DNA of 56,731 nt, counting the filler, from Jimgerdemannia flammicorona (taxonomy: Eukaryota): the NCBI GenBank assembly GCA_003990765.1. It is 3 parts of 3 records of this genome, joined end to end, with 100 filler letters (N's around TTAATTAATTAA, not from the genome) between each part and the next. Parts side by side here need not be neighbours in the genome. Positions count along the whole stretch, not along the records: positions 1 to 18,845 come from RBNJ01002092.1; positions 18,946 to 37,790 come from RBNJ01002093.1; 1 more part is not named here. One strand, given 5' to 3'. This document shows positions 11,609 through 25,234 of the stretch, piece after piece (the stretch's first letter is position 1; each line of letters opens with the position of its first letter). The notes beneath the pieces were generated by a model. The model had not been told where the DNA came from and searched no databases. It saw nothing but the letters and a program-made list of their open reading frames with translations. The position numbers and the translations under genes are program-made.

Positions 11609-13288
11609 TGTAAGTACATAACCTCTAAGCCATCAAAATCACTTGTCACCCTCAGAACAAATTTAGAAATCACATACAAGATCATAAAGCTAAGTCAACT
11701 TGAAGTCATGGAATATAAGATATATGAAAACAGAACCTTATCAATTAAGATCAAAAGCATATATATATACCAGATACTTGGTATACCAAACAGAGAACTA
11801 TAATAAATTAAATAATAACTATAACTCTCAAACATATACTCAGTCATAATTACTGAAATCTATAACTATATCCATACTAATATTTGGAATATCATTATCA
11901 ACTCAGCCACATCACTCTTACTTCTTATGAATATTCATAGTCTAGCACTCCTCTATTTTATGACAGCTTGATGAAGTATTCTAAATATGTTTTGTGAGAC
12001 CTACCAAATTAAACAAATCTCAAGCTAATATCAAATTAGTTATCTCCTGAAAGTTATAGTTAACTACTACTATGATACAGATATTATCAAAATGTCTCAA
12101 TATTAGAAACTCATTACTTACAAATACTGAGAACTCTTCTATAAGTACAGTATCTTAATACCCTATCTCTGAGTTACTACTGCTGAAATAGTTACTACTC
12201 TAACCTATAGTCAAATTAATAATATAGTATAAGAACTTAACCAGAAATATATCAAGTATATTCAAACCTCTGATAGATACTTTCTGCACTCTGATGACCA
12301 TATCTTACAAATGCTCTAAGTTAGATATATTATAAAAGATATCTATAATATAATCTAGTTTAATAATGATAAAGTAGAAGATAATGATCTCTCTGATATC
12401 AATATGCTCTTTAGCTAAGAATCTCTACCAATCTTGATCACTCTACCAACTTTACTAATAGATTTATAATAGTTTATAACTATCTATAAGATCTATTAGA
12501 ATAATGACTACTGGTATAAGTACTAATCTATATTTGTATCTAACTATTTCAACTATAATGAAGAAATAGGAGAACATAATCTATACCTTCAGATTACTCT
12601 CAAGATAGAACTAATGACTCCACCTCCTGAGTATAAGCAACATGAAGAACAATATTAGTATATAATAACTCTGTAATATAAAGCTCTATAACTTACTGAA
12701 GATATGCTGACAGTGAATCTAATAATAGCAAAGATGATATATCTTTTCTCTGCCTATCAATACCATACTCAGCATATGAGACAGATAATGACATCCTATG
12801 GGATGATCACTTTATTCCAATATACTACTATATTAATAAACAAAGAGATATAATCCAAGAACCACTTTTTCTAGATAACTACTTCATCAGATATAATATC
12901 ATTGATAATAATCTCATCAAAGAATACCCAGATAGTGTCTAAATCTATAAATAGCTTAGCAGTTATTAGTATAGTTAGATTAGCTTAGTACTATATAACT
13001 ATATTCTAACTCATCAATCAGTAGATCTCTTGATATATCTGTTTACACTTTGTACTATATAACTACATTCTGACTCATTAAGTACTAAAGTACTGTACTC
13101 ATATTTAGCCTAGTCTAGAATAAGTCTAAGAAAGAGATGTCAACCTAATCTTAAAATAAATAAGCATAGAGAGTACTCTATATAAAATTGATCTTAATCT
13201 TAAGAAAATAGTCTTTCAGAATATTCAAACCTTTCAGAAACTCCTTCTAGAACTATATAATAGTACTCTAATAAAGTACCCTATTATA
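11609..13288 (+). repeat. LTR family B, U3 variant 1, heavily mutated
   Basis: Reverse-complement homolog of 25235-27313 including both termini. Contains a decayed copy of the U3 ORF at 11846-12942. Confidence 0.85.
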
Positions 13289-15650
13289 TCATTTAGAAAA
13301 ATATCCTTAAATTTTTGAACCAGAGGTTGAACTACCTTTGGAAGATTCTTTTCTATTTCTGACTTAAAGGATTATATAATTGCTAAGAATTCTTGTACTT
13401 TTTGAAAAGCTTCTTAAATTAGATCACAGATAAGATTTCTATTAGTGCTTTGGTGGACTTCTTTACTTCCAGTGTGACCTTCTTTTCTTTTTTATTTAGT
13501 GTAAGCTTATTTTCTCTCCAATCAATATCAGAATTATATAGTATTAACCAGGGGTTTTTCAGAATAATATGGTGTCCTTGTAAAGATTTAATATAGAGAT
13601 TCAACTTTTTAAAGTATTCTTGTATCATACAAAGTAATTAGCTACCATTCTATTAACTTGATATTCTTTTCTATTAGTTGTAGAAATCTTGAACTCTACT
13701 TATCATAATAGACTAATAGAGATAAACTTTAGTTCCTTTACTAGCTCTTTACTGATGAAGTTATCAGATGAGTAACTATTGATTGATAAGAATATTTATT
13801 TCTTATTCTTTGAATTTTCCTTTGAATAGTAGTAGGCTAGTGTTGATAGTACTGATATTCTCCTTATGACTTATACTTTCAATACTTCTAAATTCTTCAG
13901 TACTCCAAGTAGTTTCTCCTAAATTTATACCTTTCTTAATTATTAGTATCTTGGCTTGTTCTAAGATTAGTTGTGCAATCTGGTCTTGCTTCTTGATTTC
14001 AAAGAGTTGTATATTATTATTAATCAGAAGTGCTTTGATTTCTTTATGAAAATCTAGATCAATTACTGCATCTAGGTCAATATAGTATTTAGTACTAAGA
14101 TCTGATTGTAGTGCAATTCTTCTATAATACCCTTCAGATATCTATATGACTAGCCTAATGGCTATAAGTTGTCACTGTCCTATTGAGATTGTTATTTCTT
14201 GAATGGTCATTAGGTCTAACTCAATTGCTCTTAAGGTTTTTACTTCAGATATAATAGTATTAGAATGTAATTTTTGAACTATCAGATATACTTCTTCAGT
14301 TTGAGTAATGGGTATTACTATTTTCTTTTTAGTAATAGCTTTAGTCTTCTTTATTTCTATCTCATCTTTAGTTTTCTTTGGATATTTGATAGTGATATAT
14401 CCTTTTCAGTAATAGAAACAGACTTTGCTCTTATACAATTTTTCCTTTTTCTTTAGTCTAAGTCTTAATTTAGTAATAATGTCTAAATCTATTGAAGAAG
14501 GTCCTACAATCTTTCTGAGTTGTCTATTTCCTTGTTGGGGCTTCTTGGTTTGTTTGGAGAAATGGTTTCTTTTAAAAGAGATTATATTAAAGCAGTCAGC
14601 AATTAATATTACTTCTTTAATAGTATTTGGATCTCATAGTTCCACTTCTTGTCTGGTGCAATCCTTGAGTTCTTATATATATCTGTCAAGCTTTTTAGCT
14701 TTGCTGATGTCATTGATCTCTAAGGCTATACTTATAAAGATACATAGCAGTATAGGTCTTAATTAATTCTATTTATTATAGAAATTCCAATCTGTCTCTG
14801 GCTATCTTTTTTGAGTTGATAGACTTGAACTACTATATAAGTTAATCTTGAAACTCATTCTAATTTGAGAGATCTTTGTTCTTATCTCTGGTTATTTGGA
14901 ATTTTTTTTTTTCCAAATAATTATATCTTCTCATAGTAGTGCTCCTATATAAGTAACTGACTTATTATTTGATGCATTCATTACTACTAAGTACTGATTT
15001 ATATTGAAGAGCTACTTTTCAACATTACTACTTCTTCTATTGTAGAGTTTGAGTGGTAATAACTTGGTGAGTCTTCTTGTCTATAGTAGAGATAGTATTC
15101 TCAATGAATTAAATTAAATTAAATTTGACCAAAATTGAATTCAATTCAAGATTTGATTTGAACTCCATATTTTGAAATGTAATAACTTGATGAATATATG
15201 TCTAAATTTAATGATCTATAGCTTGTTAGATACTTCTATATAAGAGAAATCTATTAAGCTAAAAAGAATTAAATTTGGACATGTTTTCATTGAGTTATTA
15301 TATTTTGAAAAATAGTTTTTGAATTGGACTCTCAATTAAATTCAAATTTAATTTAATTCAAACTTTATTTTAATTGAAAAATCACCAATTCAATTCAATT
15401 CAAATGACTCTCAATTTAATTTGATTCAAATTAATTCAATTTGTTTAAAAGTACTAAATAAAGAGTCCTGCTATTAGTCTTTTATCTTTAGAATTTGATG
15501 TCTCTTCTATTACTTATATCCTTACTTGTGCCTCTCAATAGATCTATATCAGCTATACTACTTGTTCTTAGAGCTATTATATATCTTCTACAGAGGTCAT
15601 GAAATCAAAAATAGTTTGTACTAATAAGGGAGTGAGATTTAACTTTTTCA
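13289..15650 (-). mobile_element. Degenerate Ty3/gypsy family C: Gag-dUTPase-protease-RT start
   Basis: Minus-strand Gag-like AKKLDRYI*ELKDCTRQEVEL. dUTPase remnant ~13880-14280 (EGYYRRIALQSDL, VIDLDFHKEIK, DQIAQLIL). Protease remnant ~13500-13830 (NILINSYSSDNFIS..PWL..IDW). Truncated at LTR B. Confidence 0.7.
15093..15456. mobile_element. hAT-like MITE inserted in family C gag
   Basis: Imperfect TIRs (TAGTATTCTCAATGAATTAAATTAA / TTAATTCAATTTGTTTAAAAGTACTA) and internal AATTC repeats. The 8-bp flanks AGTAGAGA and AATAAAGA differ only by G>A changes. Confidence 0.5.
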
Positions 15651-16149
15651 CTACTACTAATTATAATAAATATATATGTATATTATAGAGAAAAAATGTA
15701 CTTATTTAAGTATAGAAGTACTTTAATATATATAGTTAAGTCAGATGAAATCTGAGATTTAGACTATATATTATCAAATTTCTAAATAAAAATAAATAAT
15801 TAGATTTAAGAAATAGAACTTGAGAAGTTTAATTACCTTTAGGAGATTCAAGTAAATATATAATAACTAACTAGACTGAGCTTTATTGAAGTATTCAGAG
15901 AGAATATTTATATAAGAAGAATAGCAAAAAAAGAAACAGATAGATCATTACTAAGCTAGATATCAAGCAATGAGTCATACTTGGTAGAACTTGGTAGAAT
16001 ATTATAGAGAGTTACTAAGCATTAATTAGTAATTGATGAAATCTTGGTAGAATTATTTAGAAAACAGTTTCTTGGTAAATGATATACTATTCTAAGTTAT
16101 TCTGAAATATTCTACTGAGTAATATGACTCTTTGTAATATATATTCTTC

Positions 16150-17760
16150 TATGATCTTCTTGCATTAGTTCTCTTTTTACTAATCCATTCAATCTTCTTT
16201 TTCTTTTTCTGAGGAGTTACCATATAAGCTTTTTCTTGCTCACTTTTTTCTTCCTCCATTTTGGATAGGACTTCTTAATTGATATTCATAGATATTTACA
16301 TCTTTTGTTCATAATAAATATTCTATATCTTCTGAACATTTAGGTCAATTATTTTTCTGGCTTTATGAAGCTATTGATTATCAATAAGAATATCATAGTT
16401 TGTAGCATTATTGATAATCACATCTACTGAAATAATTGTTCCTTTAAACTTAATGAGAATATCTCAGATTTTTCTCAGAAGTATAGCTCTTATACTATCT
16501 GCTATAATAAATATTAACTTAGTTACTTCTTCAATATTCCAATCTCAGCAGTCTACTGTTTTCTTACTGAGAAGACATCTTTCTGCTCTTGTATCAATAA
16601 TGGCTTTGTAGACTCTATCTTTAATCTGATAGATTACATAGATAGAGAACTTGTAATTGTCTTCACTTTTTTCTCCAATCTTTTTAAACATTATTAGCCT
16701 CAGTTATCTTTTAGTCTTGATTCTTAGTTATCTTAATTAGTTCAAATCTTATTTACTATCTAAATGTGGAAATTTCTACCAGCTAGCCAAAGGTTGAATT
16801 GACCTTTTATTGACTGAAATACTTAAAGATATCATACTTAAAGATCTTGATCTTATAAAGCTTTTTCTTCTTTTTTCACTAGCTGAAGTAGTTTTTTGAA
16901 TAATATCTTGAATAGTCTTTTTCAACTCTATATCTTGATCTTTTTCTTTAGCTTAACTTTCTATAATAGTCTCTATTTGTTTTTTCACTAGATTTTACTT
17001 ATATCTCTTTAATAATCTCTTATAGGATTTCTTATAAATATCCTTCTTAGTGATCTGAGTAAGATAGGCCTTCCATTTTTCTTTATCAGACTCTCTGATC
17101 TCTTCAAAGGTAATAGTGTTGGCCTATTTCTGATTTTGAGTTATATTGCTTAGCCTGGCCTTATATTTGGTCTTACTTATATATTTATATTAATAGTGGC
17201 CTTCTTCTCTACAGATATAGTAAGTATGTACCTCTCTTCTTATCTGAGATAATAACAAACTTCTATACTAGGTAATGATCTCTTTCTCTGATTTTCTTTA
17301 CTATATCTTCTAGATGAGTAGTTATTTTAGTGAATCTCTTAGTAAGTTTCTCTATGAAGTTACTATTTGATTATTATTCTATAGTTTTTAGCTCTAGTGT
17401 ATTTTGATTAACTATTGTAATAGAGATTATATTAGTTATCTTAAGTGCTTCAATCTTAGCTCTAATGACTCTTTTTATTATATAGTCTTATAGATGTCTG
17501 GCTATCTAATATTATTGAGTAAAGATGATCTTTTATAGAAAGTCTTAGACTATTAGTAATAAGTGAATAGCCATGGCTATTTCTGAGTAACTTTCTTTTA
17601 TAATGATTACTTCAACTACTTGGTCTTAGATAGTATTAGTATAATTTGTAAGAATTATCTAATATCAGATTCTGGTATAAAATATGTTCAGATTCTCACT
17701 CATTCTTTAGTATATTGTATTGAGCTAATCCTTAAGAGCTTGCTTGATCTCATTTATATA
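16150..17760 (-). mobile_element. Highly decayed LTR-retroelement Gag-protease fragment (family D)
   Basis: Protease AIIDTRAERCLLS...YDILID at ~16370-16610. Decayed knuckle YYICREEGHY at ~17195-17225. Confidence 0.6.
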
Positions 17761-18132
17761 ATAAGTAGTTTAGAGCTAAACTTTTTATAATACTAGTATA
17801 GTATCATCATCTACTCCTATATAGATTACAGCTGTGAATACTACTCTTGCTGAACCTTAGAGACTGAAGGGCATGAGAGCTACTTATTATCTTATTATTA
17901 GAGTTTTTATAATAGCATATTTCTTGAAATTATCAATAAAGATATATAATAATTGACTCATCTGAAGTATATTTAAGGAATACTAGTAATCTCATATCTA
18001 TCTTATCTAGATATCTTAATTTGATTTGTATAATTATTCTTTAGATAGTAGTTATTTATTATTTAGCTTAAAATTGAGGAATTCATCTTAAATTACCAGT
18101 TAATAAATACTAAGTTATAATATAGTAGATAT

Positions 18133-18845
18133 TGTGGCGTTTGTTATGTATGATGAACTTCGACTTCACAGCTCAATGTATGCTACTTGGTGAAGCATGC
18201 GATGTATAACTGAGTGCGTTGGTGACGTTCGCGACGGTTATGGGTCGTTGGTCACATGATCGGCTCATTCGATTCGTGCGGCAATTGATAATAGGATAGC
18301 GGGACTTCGATTGTTCATTGGCTCAGGGGACGTTTGGTTGTTCAACGGCTCAGGACGTCGATGGTTGCTCAATTGTTTAGTGGATAAGGGCGGCGAACTT
18401 GAATTTATGTGGTCAATTAAAGCGGGCGACAGTCTTTAAGCAGTTCGTGGCGCAGGTAGGTCGGGAAAACGGTCGATGGCTCGCTCGTCCATCTTGTTTA
18501 GCTTGAGAGGGCGGGATAACTTGGGTCTTTGGCGGTCGTTCGAGTATCTTGGCGGGTGTCTTGTATCCTTTGGCTGGGTATTCTTGGGTTTCCGGGTCTT
18601 GAATCTCGAATGGCGGTCTGGTCTTGAATCCTTTTCGTGGCGGCAAAACTTGAAATTCGGGCGGTCCGTGGTCTTGAATCCTTGGCTGGGTAACTTGGGT
18701 CTCGAATGGCGGCGGTCGGGTAACGTTTTCTTTCTTTCCGTGGCAAGAGAAAATTCTTTAACTCAAACTTCCGAGCGATCCGTTGCTCTAGGTTGTTGTC
18801 TTGTTCTCAGAATTTATCCGGTCCCTTGGAGGCAGTGTGTTTTCT
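18133..18845. repeat. Young CpG-rich repeat, probable LTR, cut by the contig end
   Basis: Abrupt switch from AT-rich debris to CpG-rich DNA at TGTGGCG. Internal repeated motifs (GGTCTTGAATC, TCTCGAATGGCGG, TGGCTGGGTA). Confidence 0.45.
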
Positions 18846-18945
18846 NNNNNNNNNNNNNNNNNNNNNNNNNNNNNNNNNNNNNNNNNNNNTTAATTAATTA
18901 ANNNNNNNNNNNNNNNNNNNNNNNNNNNNNNNNNNNNNNNNNNNN
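18846..18945. other. Artificial contig spacer
   Basis: 44 N + TTAATTAATTAA (stops in all six frames) + 44 N. Confidence 0.97.
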
Positions 18946-19014
18946 TTTTTTCACTTGGACTTCTTCCTTTATTAATATACTATTCTATCTCATATAAATA
19001 CATTGAGCCCACTT

Positions 19015-22000
19015 CTATCTAATCCCCCTAGAGGGCCCTCCTCCTTCTACTCCTTCACAATTAAAGATCACAAGATTATTAATCATCACAACCCACCTAC
19101 TGCTCAGTTTATATACTCCTTCTATCAGACAGTAATAATGCCCACCCTGGGGACCCCAGCCCACCCACCACTCTGTCAATAAATCACCCATCAACTCCTC
19201 CTATCTTAGCAACTTCTTTTGTAGACTTAACTATCTCCTTTCCTTAAACATGAAGAGCCAGTCAGCCAGCCCTACCCAAATAGCTAACACCCACCCTATA
19301 GTAAGCTATTCATTTTCCACACCCCCTACTAGCTGAGATTTCAAATCCTCCCAGCATCCATGCTCTCTATCTGGTCTCTTCCTCATACCCAGCCAATTTC
19401 CACTGCTATCCAAAAGTCCCCCAGAACCTCATATTCTTCTAGCCAATATTCTGATATCTGCACAAAACCCCCAACTTATCACATATTATAACACTCCTTA
19501 CAGTCTAACTGGCCACCCTCCACCAGATGACCAGCATGGAAATTCAACATTATATTCCTTCATAGTATCTGCCATCATATCACCCAGAACTTGGGAGGAA
19601 GCCATCTCTATACCTCAGCACTCTACAATCAGACTCCTGCCCAGTCCCACTCCTTACCAATCCTCACTGTCTGCCAACTACTTGGCCAAATATCCTGTCC
19701 AAGACCCTGCTGACACTCTACTCTATCACTAATATTAAACTCAGTAAGTGGAATACCCCCCAGAAGCAGCCTGTCCCATCTCTATATATTTGGTCTCCAC
19801 AGCATCTCTCCCTCATTACTCTTCCACTGCAGACTAATGCAGTGTACTCCATCCACCACCTGCCCTTATACTGCAATCATCAGCTATCATCCAGGCCCAC
19901 TAGAGATAGCAAATCTCCCAATAACTCCCAAGAGGAGAATCTCATCTCTCACACCTTCTGTATTAGTAGTACCCAACCCCCCTCTTGTAGTTCAGCAGCC
20001 CTTTTCAGCCACCAAGCTTGTAGGCAGTGCAGCCTCTTAGGAAAGTCCACAAGGCCTAGACCTCCCCAAGTCACCAGTGCCGCAAGTGTATTCCAACTGA
20101 TCTGGGACCTCCTCCCTGCCCAAATCCAGTCTATAGCCAGTTTCATCAGTCTCTTCACTACCTAAGCTGGAAAGTCCAAGTGATAAGCAATATACCATAG
20201 CTTGGGGAACCAGTAGACATTCAGAATTGACACTCAGCCTGCTAGTGAGATATAGCAACCTCCTCAATCTCTAAGAGTCTTCTCTCAAATAGCCACTCTT
20301 CTCTCCCACCACACTCATAACAAGACAGATTCATATATAGAAAAAAAGATACCCAGATACCACACTGCTTCTCTTGTAGGGACAATTATTCCAATGACAT
20401 TTCCTCCCACCAGCCCATTCTCCAGCACTATTATCTCACACTTATGCCAGTTGAGTTTCACTCTAGAGTGTGCCTTATACTATTTCACCATCTCCTTAAG
20501 TATCTCAACATCTACTACAGAGCTAAGTTCAACTACCATATCATTGGCAAAGGCCCCACCTTCTACACCACACTATATATAGAGAGCCCTGCAACCTTCT
20601 GTTGAATCCTATCCATCAAAGGTTCTAATGAAAGGGCATAAAGAATAGGAGACAGTAGATCTCTCTGAGGAACTCCTCTTCTTAAGAGAAATATTAGACT
20701 CTGGTGACCATTACATATCAGTGCTACCCTACTGCCCTCCAACAGATTCAATATAATAGCTCAAAATCATGGGGGAACACTGATTCTATCCAGCACCTTC
20801 CTCAGCCATATCTGCTGAACATGGTCATAGATCTTCTCCTGGTCCAAAAAGACCAGTCTTCCATTCAATCCACAAGCCTGTGCCTCTTCAATGATGCCAT
20901 GCACCCAGGCAGTTCTATTCCTGATAAGTCTACCTCCAATAAAGCCCTGCTGCTTCTCATCCAGCACCTGTTGGACAACCTTCTATAGTCTGGCAACAAT
21001 CACCTTAGTCACCATCTTCCTGTCTATATCCAGAAGCATGATCAGCCTCTAGTTCTTCTAGTCCTCTCTTCTCTCCTTATCTTTGTACAATAAGGCTACT
21101 AGCTCTAAGTCCTGCTCTCTAACTCACTTGCCATTTAAAAGGACATGGTCACAGAGGGCAGTCATCTCTCCTAACACTCCAGAGACCATTGCTATCTTCT
21201 TCCAGAAGTCCCAAGGTAACCCATTCTCTCCTGGTGCTATCCTAATCTTTGTTGTCACAAGGACTCTCTGGATCTCCTCCTCCTGGACTAGTATGATCAG
21301 GTTACCCAGTCTCTCTACTTGCGATAGTTCCCACTCCTCCAGCATATCGCCAATCACTTCTTCATCTGCACCCCCTTCCTCCTCACTCCACAGACCCCTC
21401 CATCTCTCCTTCAGTATCCTCAAGATCTGTTGCATGCCATGCACCATTTCCCCCTCAGCATCAAAGACTCCATCCCATTGATATTGCACCCTCCTAGCTT
21501 GAAAGAGCCTAGACAGGTACCTAGTAGGCTGCTCTCCCTCCTCAAGCCCCTGCTACTATAGTCTAGTAGCCATTCCTTTCATTCAAATCTCCTCCTCCTC
21601 TCTCAATATCTGTTGCAGCTCTACTATCTCTAATTTTGCCTGCTCCAACCTCTAATTCTCCACCTCTTTAGAAGAAAGCAAATCAGCCCATTTCATCTGC
21701 AATCTAATCAGCCTATTAGAAGCATACCTTACTTGCTTCCTTCTCTACTTCCCAGTCTCCCTACCAGCTCCTCCCCAATAAACCCTCACAGCCTCCTTCA
21801 ACCTCATCCAACAGATACCCACAGAAGAACCCTCATGTATCCAGTTATTAATCTTCACTTGAATATCCTCTATCCATGGGTCCCACAACACCTTCTCAGC
21901 TAGCAGGGAGGAGTTAAGATGTCAATGTCTGGGTCCATCTCCACTCCCCCCAAACTGCCCCTACCCTAATAGCCTAGTGATCAGACCATGGGTACTATAT

Positions 22001-22650
22001 TACCTCCAAAGTCTTCCAAACATCAATACCCCAATATTCAGCTGTCAGAATCCAGTCAATTCTCATCCCCAATCCATTCATCTAATGTGTGTAGACCCTC
22101 ATATCACCCCACTATGTTCTGCCCATATCTTCTAAGAAGTTAAGATTCTCTACCTCCTTCCATACATCCAGACCACCACTCCTTCTATCAGTATATCTCT
22201 CTCTATCAGTTCTATCCAACTGCAGATCCCACACCATATTAAAATCACCACTCAGAACATCTACTCCTTCCTCCAAGAGAACACCCCCCTCCAGCAGATC
22301 CCTAATCCATGCAATCCTCTCACCCCTAACTACAGGGCAATAGCAGAAGCCAACCCTTACTAATTCCCACCCAGACCAATGCCATTCTCCCCAGACCAAA
22401 TGGTCACCCCAGCTCCTGATGCCCTCTAAATCTTCTCTACTCTTCCTCACCAGAATCACTACTTTACCAATCCAAGCAGTAGCTCTATCCCATTCTCTAG
22501 TCCACTCCATCCAATCCTCCTCACCCTTATACTGTACATTCTGTAGTAAAAAGAGATCAGCCTCCAATCTCTTAAGCCAAGTAAAAATGTTCTTACACTA
22601 CTCAGATTCCTGTAACCTATTTATATTCAAAGAGAAAATGTTAGTTGTAC
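19015..22650 (-). pseudogene. LINE ORF2 (APE endonuclease + reverse transcriptase)
   Basis: FSLNINRL..DLFLLQ, SGDFN, SDH, QQGFIGGR, VFLDQEKIYDHV, RGVPQRDLLSPILY, AFANDMV (decayed FADD). Confidence 0.9.
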
Positions 22651-22688
22651 TATTTATAAGGAATAATGTTAATTATCAATTGTATCCT

Positions 22689-24624
22689 CTACAAATCCAC
22701 ATTCAACTTCTCCTGTACTAAGTCTAAGTCATATTCTGCAGCCAGTGCCCTCTCTTCAACTATCTGTACCTCCAACTCTACCAGAAGTTCAGCCATCTCC
22801 CCATCCTCTTTTTCCTCAAAGTCCTTATGATATTCCAGACATACCTCCTGCCAGAGCTGTAGCCCACAATACTCTGCCCAATAGTAAGCAGCTTGCTCAC
22901 CAGCAATGACTGCCAGCTCAGCCTCCCTCACCTTATCAATCTCATAACCCTCCTTCTCTAGGAAAATTGTAAGTATCTTTGTCTTTAGTACCTCCACTAC
23001 TCCATCTCTATGCAGAATCTATACCCAGTTCTTCTCAGACATCACATATAGGTCCACTTCCCCTAACTCCTCAGCCATGAAGTTATTCATCATCTTGCTC
23101 ATCCACAACAGGTTTCCCACCTCCTTCCCTCTTGGCATCCCTGGCCTTCCTGTATCAAGTATTGTGGTATCAGCCTCTATACTGGCTGTCTCATTCCATC
23201 TCTCCTCTGGGACATCTACCAGCTCATCCTTGCCAACTGCTACTACCTGCCTACCTTTTGTCACATCAGAAACCCTAAAGTGTACCCACTGAGTACCTTT
23301 CATCAACACATTCTCTGCTGCCTGACCTCTTGTAGCCAGACCCCACTGGACCAAAGGGGGAGTATCATCCAAGGTTGGTTTCCAGACTTCCAATGTACCA
23401 TCAGTATATGAGTCTATGCACAGCATCTTCCCAGCCCACTCTAGGCCTTCCTTCACATCTCCTTCTCCCTGACTAGCCTAGATACTCACCTTTGTACCCT
23501 CAGACTTCTCAGTGCTCCCAGCCTTCATCTTCACCCCTCCTTCTATGCTTGTCAGCAGCTCCCTCTGTCTCCTACATCCTTGAGCCCTCTCTCACTATCT
23601 CCTGTCTGTGTGAATATATTTCCCACCTACAATCTCCAGATGTGTCAACTCCACATATAACTTCCAGGCTTTCACCCTCCTCTCGACAGCATCACTCAAC
23701 TCCTCCAGAGCCTCTAACAAGTCCTCCTCCTCCTCTTTACTCCCTTTTACCCTCAATACCTTACAGACAAATGCCCCCCACAACAACACTGAGAGCCAGT
23801 CACTCATCTTCTCTATAGCCTCTCTCTCAGCCAGTCAAATCCTGATATCTACATCTTCCATCCTAAAGGTGGTCCCCTCTCACATCTGGAAGCTGATATC
23901 CACCACATCACTATACTCTATCATCACCTCCTTCACCCTCCTCCTAGTCTCATCCTTCATCACTGAAGGCACCCCCTTCACCAGTAACTGCACCACTCTG
24001 GGGTCCCACCTCAAGCACTACACTATGGGGACCACTATCTCCCCAACTACCACTCTAGTCTTCAGAGCCTCACCCAGTAGGCCCACCTTCTCAAAGCCCA
24101 CCTCAACCCCCTCCAGACCCTTCAGGAACTTCACTGAGGCTGCCCCAGCCACCTGCTTCGAGATATGTAAGCCCCAGGACCATCTTTACTATTACTGCCA
24201 AGTCCCAGAAGCATAATATAGCCACAAACTCCAAAATTGACTTCTTGAGCAATAGTGCCACTGCCAGCCCCATCACACCATCTGCCAGATCTCCCTTCCA
24301 CATCAGGAACCCCTGCCCCACCTTGCTATCAACTGTCACATCTCTTTTTTTTTCCTAATTTCCCATCACACTCTCATCAACAGTCACTCTCCCAGCCATA
24401 GCAACTCCAGTATCTACACTCACCTCCCCTACCTGAGTATTACTTCCCCTCCCAATGTTAGCCTTGCCCTTTCCCTCAGCAGCACCAGCCCTAGTTCCAG
24501 CTGTCCATCCACTCACCTTTATCTTATCTGCAAAGCTAGAGGGGCCAGGTCTTCTCCCATTTTCACCTAATACCAGTCCTCCTCCTGAGCCCTCTCCACT
24601 CTTTGACCCTCCAAAGGCCCCCAT
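22689..24624 (-). pseudogene. LINE ORF1
   Basis: MGAFGGSKSGEG...EKLNVDL*, fragmented. Homologous to 33730-35654. Confidence 0.75.
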
Positions 24625-25234
24625 CTCCAGTCCATAACCTCTCCCCACCTGCTGCCTGCTGAATTCCCTGGGTCTACCCAACCTAGCATATCTGTCAGAA
24701 CTCTTGCTCAATGATATTTTTATAGTACCTTTTCTCTGAGTTGTATCAAAAACCATTGCTTGAAGTTGGTATAATATGAATAGTATAGGGGAAAGGGTTG
24801 ATACCAGAAGTGCTTGTCAATATTGTCACTACTTAGGATTTCTCAGAGTGCTTGGGCTTCTTTATCATCAGTATATACTATAATAATTTATTCTATAATA
24901 AAGTTGGTAACCAAGATGAGGGTTTGGATAATCTCTTTGATTAGTAGTCTAGAAATTGCATCAGTAATAATATTTTCCTTACCAGGGCAATACCAAATTT
25001 TATAGTCAAAATTGGCAAGGACTTTCATCCATCTGGCTTACTTTCAAGAAAGGATAGTCTGGGTCTTAATATTGACTAATGATTTGTAGTCTGTTAAAAT
25101 GGTAAAGTATACTTTTTTGAGATATGATTGCCATTTGATCAGAGTATCTACAATGGCTAGTATTCCCTTCTTATGGGTTATATAGTTGATTTTGATATCA
25201 TTGAACTTGCAAGAAAGATAGACCACAGAATGTC

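Larger units (their letters stand above)
18946..24713 (-). mobile_element. Near full-length degenerate L1/Tx1-type LINE, copy 1 (~5.8 kb)
   Basis: ORF1 then ORF2 with APE endonuclease, RT and a Cys-rich C-terminus. AATAAA and A-tail at the contig edge. Confidence 0.9.

Noticed and set aside
18890..18901. TTAATTAATTAA palindrome as a biological site (also 37835-37846)
   Set aside because: Centred in N-runs; it is a synthetic six-frame stop linker.
18413..18901. ORFs in the CpG-rich contig end
   Set aside because: Repeat-driven frames with no recognisable motif; one runs into Ns.
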